A stretch of 64,000 nt of DNA from Conidiobolus incongruus B7586. Taxonomy: Eukaryota. The DNA lies in assembly GCA_000697335.1 (NCBI GenBank), contig JNEM01011206.1, positions 1 through 64,000 of the forward strand, written 5' to 3'. Of the stretch, positions 14,852 to 26,395 are shown piece after piece. Every line of letters starts with the position of its first letter. The stretch's first letter is position 1. The notes under the pieces were generated by a model. It made no database searches. It was not told where the DNA came from and saw only the letters and a list, made by a program, of their open reading frames with translations. The translations under genes were made by a program, and so were the position numbers.

Positions 14852-15735
14852 ATGGCTAGCGATAAAACAAGTGAGATGATATTATATGCCTTTAAAAATA
14901 ACACAATTAAATCTGTATTCAGTAGGAGTATTATTTTTAAAGAGGGCAAAAATAAGAATACAATGAAAGTAGATTATAATCGTTATATCAAAGTTAATCC
15001 TCAAAAATCTAACAAACAGCAATCAGGGAACATTGATCAAAGCGGTAATATAAACATATATATATATATATATCAATATTTTATTTATTTAAGTGGTAGA
15101 TAAAGAAGATCGAACTCCTACCAAAACGAAAGGAAAGGAAAAGAAAAATCAAGCAAATAGTGAATATGGATTTTTAGATAGTTTATTCGATCCTAATGCT
15201 AGCGAAAAATCATCTAATCAACCTTCCACTAAAACGAATGATTCTCAAGCTACCTTGGTCGATGATATCTTGTCCGATATGAAGAATACTTCAACCGAAG
15301 AAACGATAGAGAATCAGCCCAAGAGAACAAAGGGCAAATTCCAAGTAGAAATATTATCTGAGAATCCTACCGAGTCGATAAATTTAACCAAAAAGAATTA
15401 TAAATTCCATCAATTATCTAGCCTAGGTAAATATAGATATACTTTTACTGTATTTTTGTACATTGAATTCTAATAACATAATTCAAGGTGACAAATGGGA
15501 TAATATTGATACTCATCCTGATACAACTCAACTATCATCAAACAATTCCAAAAACAAAAAGGTTAATAAATTATTTCAAGATAATGACGAATGGGATGAA
15601 GAGTACGATCAAGGTAAAATCAAAAGAATTAGACATAAAGAACGTCGATTTTTGGCGAAGTTTGAAAATAAGAATAATCCATTCCAGAAGGAACAAGACC
15701 TTAAAAACTATATTAAAAAGAAACAACTTGAATAG
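14852..15735 (+). CDS. Small charged protein (~257 aa) with USP36-like N- and C-terminal motifs and no USP domain; exons 14852-15044, 15094(or 15100)-15426, 15488-15735
   Basis: Three ORF pieces join in frame via two phase-1 GT-AG introns. Motifs: KSVFSRSIIFKEG..RYIKVNP, LGDKWD, DEWDEEYDQGKIKRIR..NPFQ. Confidence 0.7.
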
Positions 15736-16126
15736 AAATGTATATTTTATGAATAAATTATGTTTTAGACAGATAATTTCATTCATTATTGGATATTAAA
15801 ATATTGTATATTAATCTATTAGTATATGTTTTTCTACTAATATATAACATTCGTTCAATACTTTGTTAGTTCAATGCTAATGTTTAAAAAGAAATATGAG
15901 TTTGAGTCAATTAATATTTATTTGAATGAAAAATAGCTAAATAGACTAATTTCAGCAATCCATTTTCAATAATATTAGTACCCTTAAATATCTTTAATTC
16001 TACACTTATTATTGATAAAAAACATAGATTGGATAGTCAAACATAGCTCAATCAATAAATAAAAACAATCATAAGTCAAAGTTTATTAAAGTTAAATAAA
16101 AATGCTTTGTAATATATTTTTGGAAT

Positions 16127-17552
16127 TTACATCATAAATTTAGAATTCATATCCATTGGTCTACCAGAGCTCAATTGAGGCAATTGTTGGTATTTACCTC
16201 TGAGAATCTGACGTACTGAATTAAGCAGCTGTAAATAGGTGAGGCCATAAGGATCTGATTTAAGTGATGAAATAAGAGCAAAAGACATAGCCCCAGTAGC
16301 GCCAACACCTTGTTCATGCGTATCTGCTGATGTTTGATCATCCATACAACCACTGAACATTACTACATCAGCAAGTGAACTCTTTTCCCTCTTATTTTTC
16401 TCTAAGATGTTTTTTATCGTTTTCTAATTAACCAATACCGTCCTTTAAAGTCAAAGCAGTTCCAATCAAACCACCCATGAGGTAATATGTTCCAACCTTC
16501 ACTAATGTGGATGTTGCTACTTTTCCTGAGTTGAATTCTTTGAGTTTACCTTCGTGATTGTAAATATATGGAAGATTCAAGGTAGTATCAAAGTGACAAC
16601 AGTCAAATATGGCTGTCAAATGACATCCTTGAGGTAAGGGCTTAACCATGATATCGTTCATCTCATCGTGAATAATCATACCTGATCTCTCGTAGTTTAC
16701 AGGACAAATAGTCTTATCACAACCATCGTCTTTGTCTCTATCCAAGTCTTCTATTTGGGACCAATGACCTGAGAAATGGAAAAAGAAGGAATCATTAGGT
16801 TGAGCATTAGATACTAACCATTTCATTGCATTGATCATGTTTTGACGAGTGGGAATAAAGTTGGGGTCTTTCTGATCGTCTGTTAAAATAACCATATTCT
16901 CTTGACGGAACCCATAATACTGTGTGATAAAGTTTCTGACGTTGTGAACATCATTGATACGGCCACGTAACTCTGCTTTAGTTTTGAAATAATTGATACC
17001 AATGAGTAAGGCTCTCTTTTTACCTGAAAAATTAGAGACTTGAATTTGTTGATCCTGGTGAAAGCCTTGTGGAACAGGTTGGTTTGGAGGTAAGGTTTGC
17101 ATAATTTGCTGACCTGGATTTCCTTGATATGGCGGAGGACTTCCAAAACTCCCACCTAGGCCATTTCCATAATCATTATTACCGTCACCATAAGGTTGAT
17201 TCTGGTTGAAGGGCATTTTTTGAGCTCTGGCTTCGAAGTTTGGAGGCAGATTATTATCGTTGTTTGATGAATATCAGCTCGTATTATTTCGATAACTACA
17301 GTTATTACTTTCTGGTGGGATTGGTATATTCCTTTGAGGCATTTGCATATTATTGTTTGCGAACTCTTGGTTCATTGTGGGAGTACCATTATTGTAGCCT
17401 TCAAATTGTTGAGGAGGGGGACCATTATTATAGTTTTCTTGATTCATAGAAGGCTGGTTATGGCCTCCTTGAGGAGGACAATTACGATGATAATTGTTGT
17501 TGTTTGATGGAGGATAACCCTGTTGTCGACATTGAGCACCTGGATAAGACAT
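16127..17552 (-). pseudogene. Degenerate tandem copy of metacaspase MCA1
   Basis: Colinear with 19326-20783. In-frame TGA at 17274-17276, TAA at 16428-16430 followed by a +1 frameshift, and substitutions GCIND>GRIND, SGHG>SGHW, DCCHSG>DCCHFD. Confidence 0.88.
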
Positions 17553-19325
17553 ATTCTAGATCAATTTGAAAAAAAAATTTTATTAGAATATGGGAAGTGG
17601 ATTTAAAATACAAAGATGCGAATGATTAATAGATATCATGGCTGTATATCTTATTATAGATTTCCTACTTGAAACTATGAACCAATTTCAAACTTGCAGG
17701 ATTTTTTTTATTTACTGATTTTATATAATGTTTTTATGCTTAACCCATCAACTTTCACTTTGAAATTATTAAAATTAGAACAATATCCTTTATTGTGATA
17801 TAAATTGAACAATGATTAATAAAAATTGGAGCAAAAAATAAATTTTCTGCTATAATTTTTAATTACTATACGAATAATAGAGATGTTCTCAAAAATTTAA
17901 AAACAATAATATTTTTTCATAATAATGCTATTTTCCTTAAGTAGAGACTGCTCCTCAAAATATAATTATTAGACAAAAAATATGAGAATCAAGTGAAAAA
18001 TACCTGAGTTTTTACATGATAAATTTATACCTAATAATAGCTCAAGCTCAAAGCAAATAAATTTGAAATAAATTTAACCATTTTATTAGGCAAAATGCTA
18101 TCTAAAATGAATTTAAAGCAAAAATCAAGCATTTATTTACTGATAATTAATGAATTTTACTAAACATTCCAGGGATTCATTAGTTAACCGATACTCCCAT
18201 TTTTGGAACTAATAGTAAATGTGTGTCACTAAAATTCCTTTCTGATGATGTAATACTATTTCCATACATTTTATCCACATTTTTATTTAACTAGTAAATG
18301 ATGAATTCATCAATGTATTTTATTATATCTTCCATCAATTTCTTTGATAATAATCTTATAAAATTCATCAACTATGAAATACAAAATTATTTAAAGGATT
18401 AGTAATATTTGAGAGTATAGTATGAATTGATAATAATTAATATATTTTACTCTATTTTATACTGGTATATATCAATTTCGAAAAAATTAATTATTCCGAT
18501 TGTATATATTTTTTTCAAATATTATTTATATTGAAATTTGAATAAAATAAGATCATAATAAAAAAATTAAAAAATTTCATTGATTTCTAGTGATATTGGA
18601 GTTTAAAGACAAAATATATCTGAAAATTTTGATGATTAATATTCAATAATATTATACTTTACATTTATTTTCCTAATATAAGTAATTTTTATTAGTGCAA
18701 TTAATATTTTAATGAAATAATTCGACTCATTTATAACACTGTCATCGAACCTATTTTGAATTTGTGCTTATAAATAGTACCAGTAAATAATAAATTATTA
18801 TACTTAATAAAATCTTTATCAAAGCTGTCATGTAGGTATAGTATACTTTTTTAGAATAATATCTTATTTCTTAATATATTTGTTAATTAATTATTGTATA
18901 ATTCTTTTAAATAAAAAAATTATGCATAAATTGCAAAAATAACACCAAATTCATATAATATTAATTAATCAAAATAAGATTAGATATAATTTTTATTAAT
19001 TTATATGTCATATTTAAAATAACAATATTTATAATATCGTGAATATCAAAGAGTTCTCTAATATAGTGTATGAATAAAACACTTCATAAATTATAATGTT
19101 TACATCAGCCAATAAGAAATTATATCCTAATACTACTATTTTTACAAGATAAAGTTAAACAAAATGATATTCATAACTAATATTATATATCTACAAACTC
19201 ACTTTTATAAAAATATGCTTAAAGTAACACAATTGACTGTAATGAGTAATATATATATAATGATATTTATTAATATGAAGTGATTAAAATTCAAACAATT
19301 GAGATAAAAATCAATTTTCAAAATT

Positions 19326-20783
19326 TTACATCATAAATTTAGAATTCATATCCATTGGTCTACCAGAGCTCAATTGAGGCAATTGTTGGTATTTACCTCT
19401 GAGAATCTGACGTACTGAATTAAGCAGCTGTAAATAGGTGAGGCCATAAGGATCTGATTTAAGTGATGAAATAAGAGCAAAAGACATAGCCCCAGTAGCG
19501 CCAACACCTTGTTCATGCGTATCTGCTGATGTTTGAGTATCTTTACAACCACTGAACATTACTACATCAGCAAGTGAACTCTTTTCTTTCTTGCTTTTCT
19601 CTGCAGCCTTTTTACCACCAGTTAACCTGCCAAGACCATTTTTCAAATTCATGGCAGCTCCAATTAAATCACCCATCATATAAGCTTGTCCAACGTTCAC
19701 CAAAGTAGATTGAGCTACTTTACCTGGATTATATTCTTTGAGTTTACCTTCGTGATTGTAAATATATGGAAGATCCAAGGCAGTACCAGAGTGACAACAG
19801 TCAAATATGGCTGTCAAACGACATCCTTGAGGTAAGGGCTTAACCATGATGGCATTCATTTCATCATCAACGATCATTCCAGCTTTTTCGTAATCTACTG
19901 GACAAATAGTCTCATCGAAGCCATCATCTTCATCTCCATCAGTATCTTTTTGTTGAGATCCATGACCTGAGAAATGGAAAAAGAAGGAATCATTAGGTTG
20001 AGCATTAGATACTAACCATTTCATTGCATTGATCATGTTTTGACGAGTGGGAATAAAGTTAGGGTCTTTCTGATCGTCTGTTAAAATAACCATATTCTCT
20101 TGACGGAACCCATAATACTGTGTGATAAAGTTTCTGACGTTGTGAACATCATTGATACAGCCACGTAACTCTGCTTTAGTTTTGAAATAATTGATACCAA
20201 TGAGTAAGGCTCTCTTTTTACCTGAAAAATTAGAGACTTGAATTTGTTGACCCTGGTGAAAGCCTTGTGGAACAGGTTGGTTTGGAGGTAAGGGTTGAGT
20301 ATTTTGCTGTCCAGGATTTCCTTGATATGGTGGGGGAGGGCCTCCAAAGTTTCCACCTGGACCACCTCCAAAATTACTATTGCCTCCACCATAAGGTTGA
20401 TTCTGATTAAAGGGCATGTTTTGGGCTCTAGCTTCGAAATTATGAGGTTGGTTATTGTTAGGAGGGAATCCAAAATTATCACTGCCTGGCATCGGCATGC
20501 CACCATCAGGCATTGGCATACCACCACCTGGGAAACCTTGATTCATAGGAGGACCTGTATTAAAGCCACCTGGAAAATTATTTGGTTGACCGTATCCACC
20601 TGGAGGAGGACCGTTATTGTAGCCTCCAAATTGTTGAGGAGGAGGGCCTTGATTATAATAGCCTTGATTCATAGGAGGAGGTTGATTATAACCTCCATAC
20701 CCTCCTTGAGGTGGGAAATTATTATTGTTATTATTTGGTGGAGGAGGATTCTGTTGTCGCCAATTAGCACCAGGATAAGACAT
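19326..20783 (-). CDS. MCA1: Type I metacaspase with Q/N/G/P/Y-rich prodomain, 485 aa
   Basis: KKRALLIGINY, LRGCIND, catalytic HFSGHG and DCCHSG, p10 region FSGCKDTQTSAD...QLPQLSS. Confidence 0.97.
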   Translation of the reverse strand: MSYPGANWRQQNPPPPNNNNNNFPPQGGYGGYNQPPPMNQGYYNQGPPPQQFGGYNNGPPPGGYGQPNNFPGGFNTGPPMNQGFPGGGMPMPDGGMPMPGSDNFGFPPNNNQPHNFEARAQNMPFNQNQPYGGGNSNFGGGPGGNFGGPPPPYQGNPGQQNTQPLPPNQPVPQGFHQGQQIQVSNFSGKKRALLIGINYFKTKAELRGCINDVHNVRNFITQYYGFRQENMVILTDDQKDPNFIPTRQNMINAMKWLVSNAQPNDSFFFHFSGHGSQQKDTDGDEDDGFDETICPVDYEKAGMIVDDEMNAIMVKPLPQGCRLTAIFDCCHSGTALDLPYIYNHEGKLKEYNPGKVAQSTLVNVGQAYMMGDLIGAAMNLKNGLGRLTGGKKAAEKSKKEKSSLADVVMFSGCKDTQTSADTHEQGVGATGAMSFALISSLKSDPYGLTYLQLLNSVRQILRGKYQQLPQLSSGRPMDMNSKFMM

Positions 20784-23051
20784 ATTCTATATTAACTTTT
20801 TTAAAAATTTAGTTACTTATTAAAAACAATTTCAATTAGGTTATATGAAAAGTACTGATTTTAAATATTGATTAAAATTGTATGATTATCAAGGGAGTGA
20901 GGGTTATTTAAACTAAATTGGACTGCGGATAGTTAAATGCTGGACATTACTTTTTCTAAACTTGTAATTGGATAAACATGATTGGCTCAAGAAAAATTAG
21001 TTTTTAATAATCACCAAAAGCTTATTAATGATTATAAAGCATTTAGCATCCAAAGGAGCAATATTATTTGACTGTTTAATTACAAACGTGTATTTAGATT
21101 ATTTATCTTAAGGAAAAATTCTATAAAATTAATAATATATTTGTTGTTCAGTAACAATAGAATATTATAGATTTTGAATAAAATGTTTGAGAATTATGTT
21201 AAAATTCATTTTATTCAATGTTATTGATCCTTCTAACACTTTACTAGAATATTTTCTACAAGACAAACGTATTTTTTATATAAAGTATTAATAGATAACA
21301 ATTTTTGAAACACACATATGTTATTTGTGAGACCTTTTCAAATTTATATGATTTTATTGGTTTATATTTCGATTTAATATGTATATATTCTTTATATTAG
21401 TAAATAGTATAATTGATGAATTTACACCACAGAACACTAATATTTTGTCAAAATGGTTTTGAAAATGAGGATTTGGAAAATACTACAATAAAATCATTAT
21501 GATTGGTCAAAAATAGACAGATCGAAAAATAAGATGTGGTATTGTGGTAAATCGAATTTACACAAAGTATTTCTAGAATTGTAATATTACTTTTAATTCT
21601 ATGATTTTAGTTGTTTTATAATTGAAGTTATGTGATTATTGATTAATAATGATATTTTAATTTTGATAAAGTGAATAATCAATGATTTCCAAGTATTTTT
21701 ATAAAGTGGCCATAGATATAAAACATGCTGTATTTATATTTATTATAGCATTTATTTAATTATTATTATTAATTAAATTGATATAAAAATCTTAATAGAT
21801 ATATTTAAAGTGATTATTATGCATATTAATTTCATCAATTATAATTTCAAGTTTGTTTAATATTAATAATGATTCAATTTTCATTATAAAATATCTTTTT
21901 TAGTATTTCAATAATATTGAGATAGCTATTAGAATGTTACTTAGTCAATGTTATATACAAACATAATAATATACATTGCATGTAGCTATTGAGGAGAATC
22001 GAATTGCTAATAAAATCACTTTAATAATAATACAAAATTCCCAACAATGTTTTGTATTTTTATTAATATTGACAAAATCAATTTGATATTAATATATATT
22101 TTAAAACATTATCTGAAAAATGTTCATATTTTATTTTTAATTTTAATTTTAAAATAATCAAATATTATATTGGTTTGATATATTGGAAAAATCCCAAAGT
22201 TTAATAACTGATGTTTTAGATTCTATTAAATAAATAATAGTATATATTATTATTATTATTATTATCGATTTAAAATAAATATACTGGTCTAACAGCTAAT
22301 TATAGAAAAATTGTTATTAGATTATAAACATATTTCATAATATTTCGTTATTTGATATTTTGATCATATAGACATTACAATCCAGTACTAAAAGATAAAT
22401 TTATTTCATTGATACTTTGTATCTCAATTTTTGTTCAAAAACAAAAAATAACAATAATTTCAATATTTACACGATTTCAGAATTTGATTAAATTCATAAT
22501 TCAAAACTAATATTCTATTATATTTTTCATATTATATAGTTTTATAAAAATATAATTTAGCTATACTTAAATCAAGAATATCAATTTCTAGAATATTCCA
22601 ATCAAAATCAAACGATAATAAATTAAGATTTTAATTTAATGTATATATCTTAAATTTACATATAAATACCTATTATTTTACATTCGTTGAAAATAACATG
22701 ACAGAAATTAATTTTTAAATTTCCCATTAATAATAAATATATATAAAGTAGAATTAAATAAAGATATAAAATATATAAATATAAATTTTTTAAAACTAAA
22801 GAATATTATTATATTTATTAATGTGATCAATTAATTAATCAACAGCGTGATAAATAATAGTTATCCATATTATTGCTGATACGGATAATGGATAAACATA
22901 TTACAATAAAATAAATTAAATAATAATAATAAGAATAGTAACAGAGTTTATTAATAAGAACTAGAGGCATATCCATAACGATAGGCCGTGATAAAGTACA
23001 AAATATAAACAATTCATAATTAGGTATTTATTGGTGTTGCTCAGAAATACT

Positions 23052-24590
23052 TTAATCGGTCTTGCCAGCGCCTTCCTTAATAATGGCATCGAGGGTCTTA
23101 CCCTTAGTTTCCTTGAACAAAATGAACCATACGATGATGGTAAATGTCAAGAAACCAGCGAACAAAAGGAAGGTGTAATTGCCCAAAGAAGTAAAGACAG
23201 GAGGGAAAAGGAAACCAATAATGGTGTTACAAGTCCAGTTGAGAGCAATAACAAAAGAGGAAGCAAAGGTAAGAAGGTTACTGGGGAACAGTTCTGAGGT
23301 CAAAAGATAAGGGATTGGGCCGATACCCAACGCGAAACTACCCATAAAACCAAAGGTAGCAGCAGCCATCAAAGCGTGGATTTCCAATTGAGCACCAATA
23401 ACAATTAAGATCAAAGATACAAGCATAATAAGGCAGCTAGTCAAGAACACTGGTTTTCTTCCCTTATTTTCTACAGCCCAAGCAGCCAAAAAGACGGGAA
23501 CAACCTGCATGGCACCCAAACCAACAGAGATCTTGGAGGCAGTTTCGTGACCAAAACCTTTAGTGAAAATGGTGGTGGAGTAGAAGGCGACAGAGTTGAT
23601 ACCAGATAACATTTGATTCATGTGAATAACAGCACAAATAAATAAGAACTTGGGATAAGGCTTTTCGCGAATTTCTCTGAGCAGATTGAACTTGGAGTTG
23701 GGGTTCTCAACAACATTGTTTCCACCGTGTGCAGCGGTATGATCGTGTTGGATATTAACTTGGGCTTCCAACATGTGCTCGAACTCGTTTTCAATGTTGC
23801 AGCCAGGACGTAATTTCTGGAGATTAGCACGAGCTTCATCAATATGACCCTTAGATACCAAGTGAGAAGGTGATTTGGGAACCATAGGAATAAAGAAAGA
23901 TTGAATGAAAGCTAAAACAGCAGGAATAGCAAACACAATTCTCCAGCCGGGATTATTATTAAGGAAATAACCAATGATTTGAGAAACCATACTTCCAGAG
24001 TTGATAGACAATTGCATCATAGTACCAAACAAACCTCTGTTCTTGATATTGGCAATTTCACCAATATAATTAGACACAGTGACTGAAGATAAACCACACC
24101 CAATACCAGTAATAAATCTTCCAATCATAAACATTGGTCTATTGACAGCACAAGCAATCAAAATATATCCAAGGATGAAGAAGATGTTGTTGTAAAGGAT
24201 GAGATTTCTTCTACCAATTCTTCTGGAAGCAACAGAAGCAGCCAAACTACCAACAATACCACCGAGAGGCATAAAACCAACCATTTGACCCCTAGGATTT
24301 AATTGATTAATTAATTAATTAATTTAATTTTATAATTTTAAGTGATTATTATACCATTCAGTAAGAGTAGATTGGATACAGCTTGGGAAAGGACCAGTGT
24401 AGTACACACCTTCTGGACAGTCAATAATAGCTTTTTCAACCAAATTAATACCACCAAGAGAATACCCAAAATTGAAAGTAGAGATAATAACAATTAAAGT
24501 AGTACGGAAAACCGTCCAAGTAAAACCCATTCTCAAACTATCATTAGGTGCTAGTTCAACGTCGGGCGAAATAACAATACCAGCTTTCAT
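23052..24590 (-). CDS. Sugar porter (MFS) transporter; exons 24590-24355 and 24291-23052
   Basis: A 63-nt GT-AG intron (24292-24354) joins the two ORFs (TEW|GQM). Motifs RRIGRR, GIGPIPY, SELFP, KETKGK. Confidence 0.93.
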
Positions 24591-26364
24591 CCCAGAAATT
24601 TAGATGTGAAATAATTAAGTGATCTGAGTTACAATGACTGAGCACAAGCGATCATTTATATTGAATTGTGACTGAGTATATCCATTGTCATTCATTGATT
24701 AGACCTGAAGATCTCACATCATTGGTTACCCACCTCAATAGCTGATAAGTCAATTATTCATCTATGCCGAATGATGAAAGTCATCAACTATTGGTCTTTT
24801 ATTAAAAGTGGACCCTTTGATGTCAAAACACAGTTGAACCCAGAATAATTGCCTTATACGATCAGCTGTCTTGCTCCTGTCATTCTAAGTTTCCGTTTCG
24901 TAGCCGAAATTGCTTATTGTGATGTGGATTAGAGATCTTGTGATAAATCGCAATTGGTTTAGCGATTGAGAGCGAAAAATCTTAGTGATTCAACCAAACA
25001 TTGATCCATATACATACAGTCCAATAGGTATAATTGGACTTGATTAAAATTACCTTTTTTCACTTAATCGACTTGTGTCATATGTTCAAGAGTCTTTTTT
25101 CTAACTCCTATAAACTAATATTGTGAATATGAGCACCTGATATAAAATAATGGATCAAATTAATTAGAGGAATTGAAATTAACATCTAATGCTTAAATTG
25201 ACCAAATATATATTAACTATAATTCATCAATTATTATTATTATTTTTATTTTTATTTTTTTATTTAAAATTTATACCTTAATATTTTAGTCTAATTAATA
25301 ATCTACTTGAACCTATAAAGGACAGCTATTTTTCTCCTAGGTTAAATAGTTTAAATGTTAAATACTTGCTAAATTTTATTTTATAAGATATTAATTTTAT
25401 TATAATTATTAAGGGTTTAAAATAAAATAAATGAATTAAAAAGAAGCTTTAGATTATTGATTATTCAGTTTAAATCCACCTTTATATTATATTCTTCATT
25501 TCAATTCTATTAAAAATCGAAAATGATCAAACAATTAATATGTGATTAATATTGAATATTGATTAAATTATAGAATAAACAATGTGACTATGCTTTTACT
25601 TAGAGAGAAAGATTAAAAATTTATAACGGTAATAATCTCAGTTATCCATTTTAATATTCGCTGATAGGATTTGGGTTTACCCATTAATCTATTAATATTT
25701 TAATTAAATTCAGGTTGATTAGTACTAATTTAATCCACTGATAGATAATCATTATTATTACAGTCATAGAGTTCTATATTATATATATTACATTACATAT
25801 AGTTAATATTAATTTCATTATTTTAATATGTTAATATAACACTAGTGTTATTAATTATTGATATTTTTTAAACACTTAATATTGGAATATATTTATTAGT
25901 AAATATTTTTTTTCAACCAATCAAGTTCATTAATTTTAAATTAAAAATATATATATTTAAAAGTATTGTTTTTAAATGAGAATTTGTTAATAATTTCGAT
26001 AAAATAATTAATATGAACAGTATACTAAAATTAGTAATATATTTACTTTTAATCGATTATAATTTCAAATTTAAAGCATACAGTCATTAACTGATTAATA
26101 TTTAATCATAATATAATTTTATGGAGATAAAAAAAAGTAAAATTGATTTTTAATTGAATTTTAACCCTAAATTATTATAATACAAGTTTAAAGGATTATA
26201 TTTTTGATAATATTAATTAATAAAAAATAGAATATTATAAGTTAAAATTTCAAAAAGTGATTATAACATTACTCTATTTAGAGATTATTTAGAGTTGACA
26301 GGATTTACAATTATATTTATTACCAATAAAACCCTAAATTGAGCTAAAATTAATTGTATATTTG

Positions 26365-26392
<28 letters not shown>
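26365..26392. repeat. (ATT)n microsatellite
   Basis: About 9 tandem ATT units. Confidence 0.85.

Positions 26393-26395
<3 letters not shown>

Noticed and set aside
17274..17276. In-frame TGA as selenocysteine in the metacaspase copy (likewise 32380-32382 in TRM1)
   Set aside because: The positions do not correspond to Cys in homologs, other disabling lesions are present, and I recognised no SECIS.
20295..20795. Antisense or alternate-frame ORFs over real genes (also 2624-2980, 23031-23297, 52053-52427)
   Set aside because: Shadows of codon bias and repetitive coding sequence.
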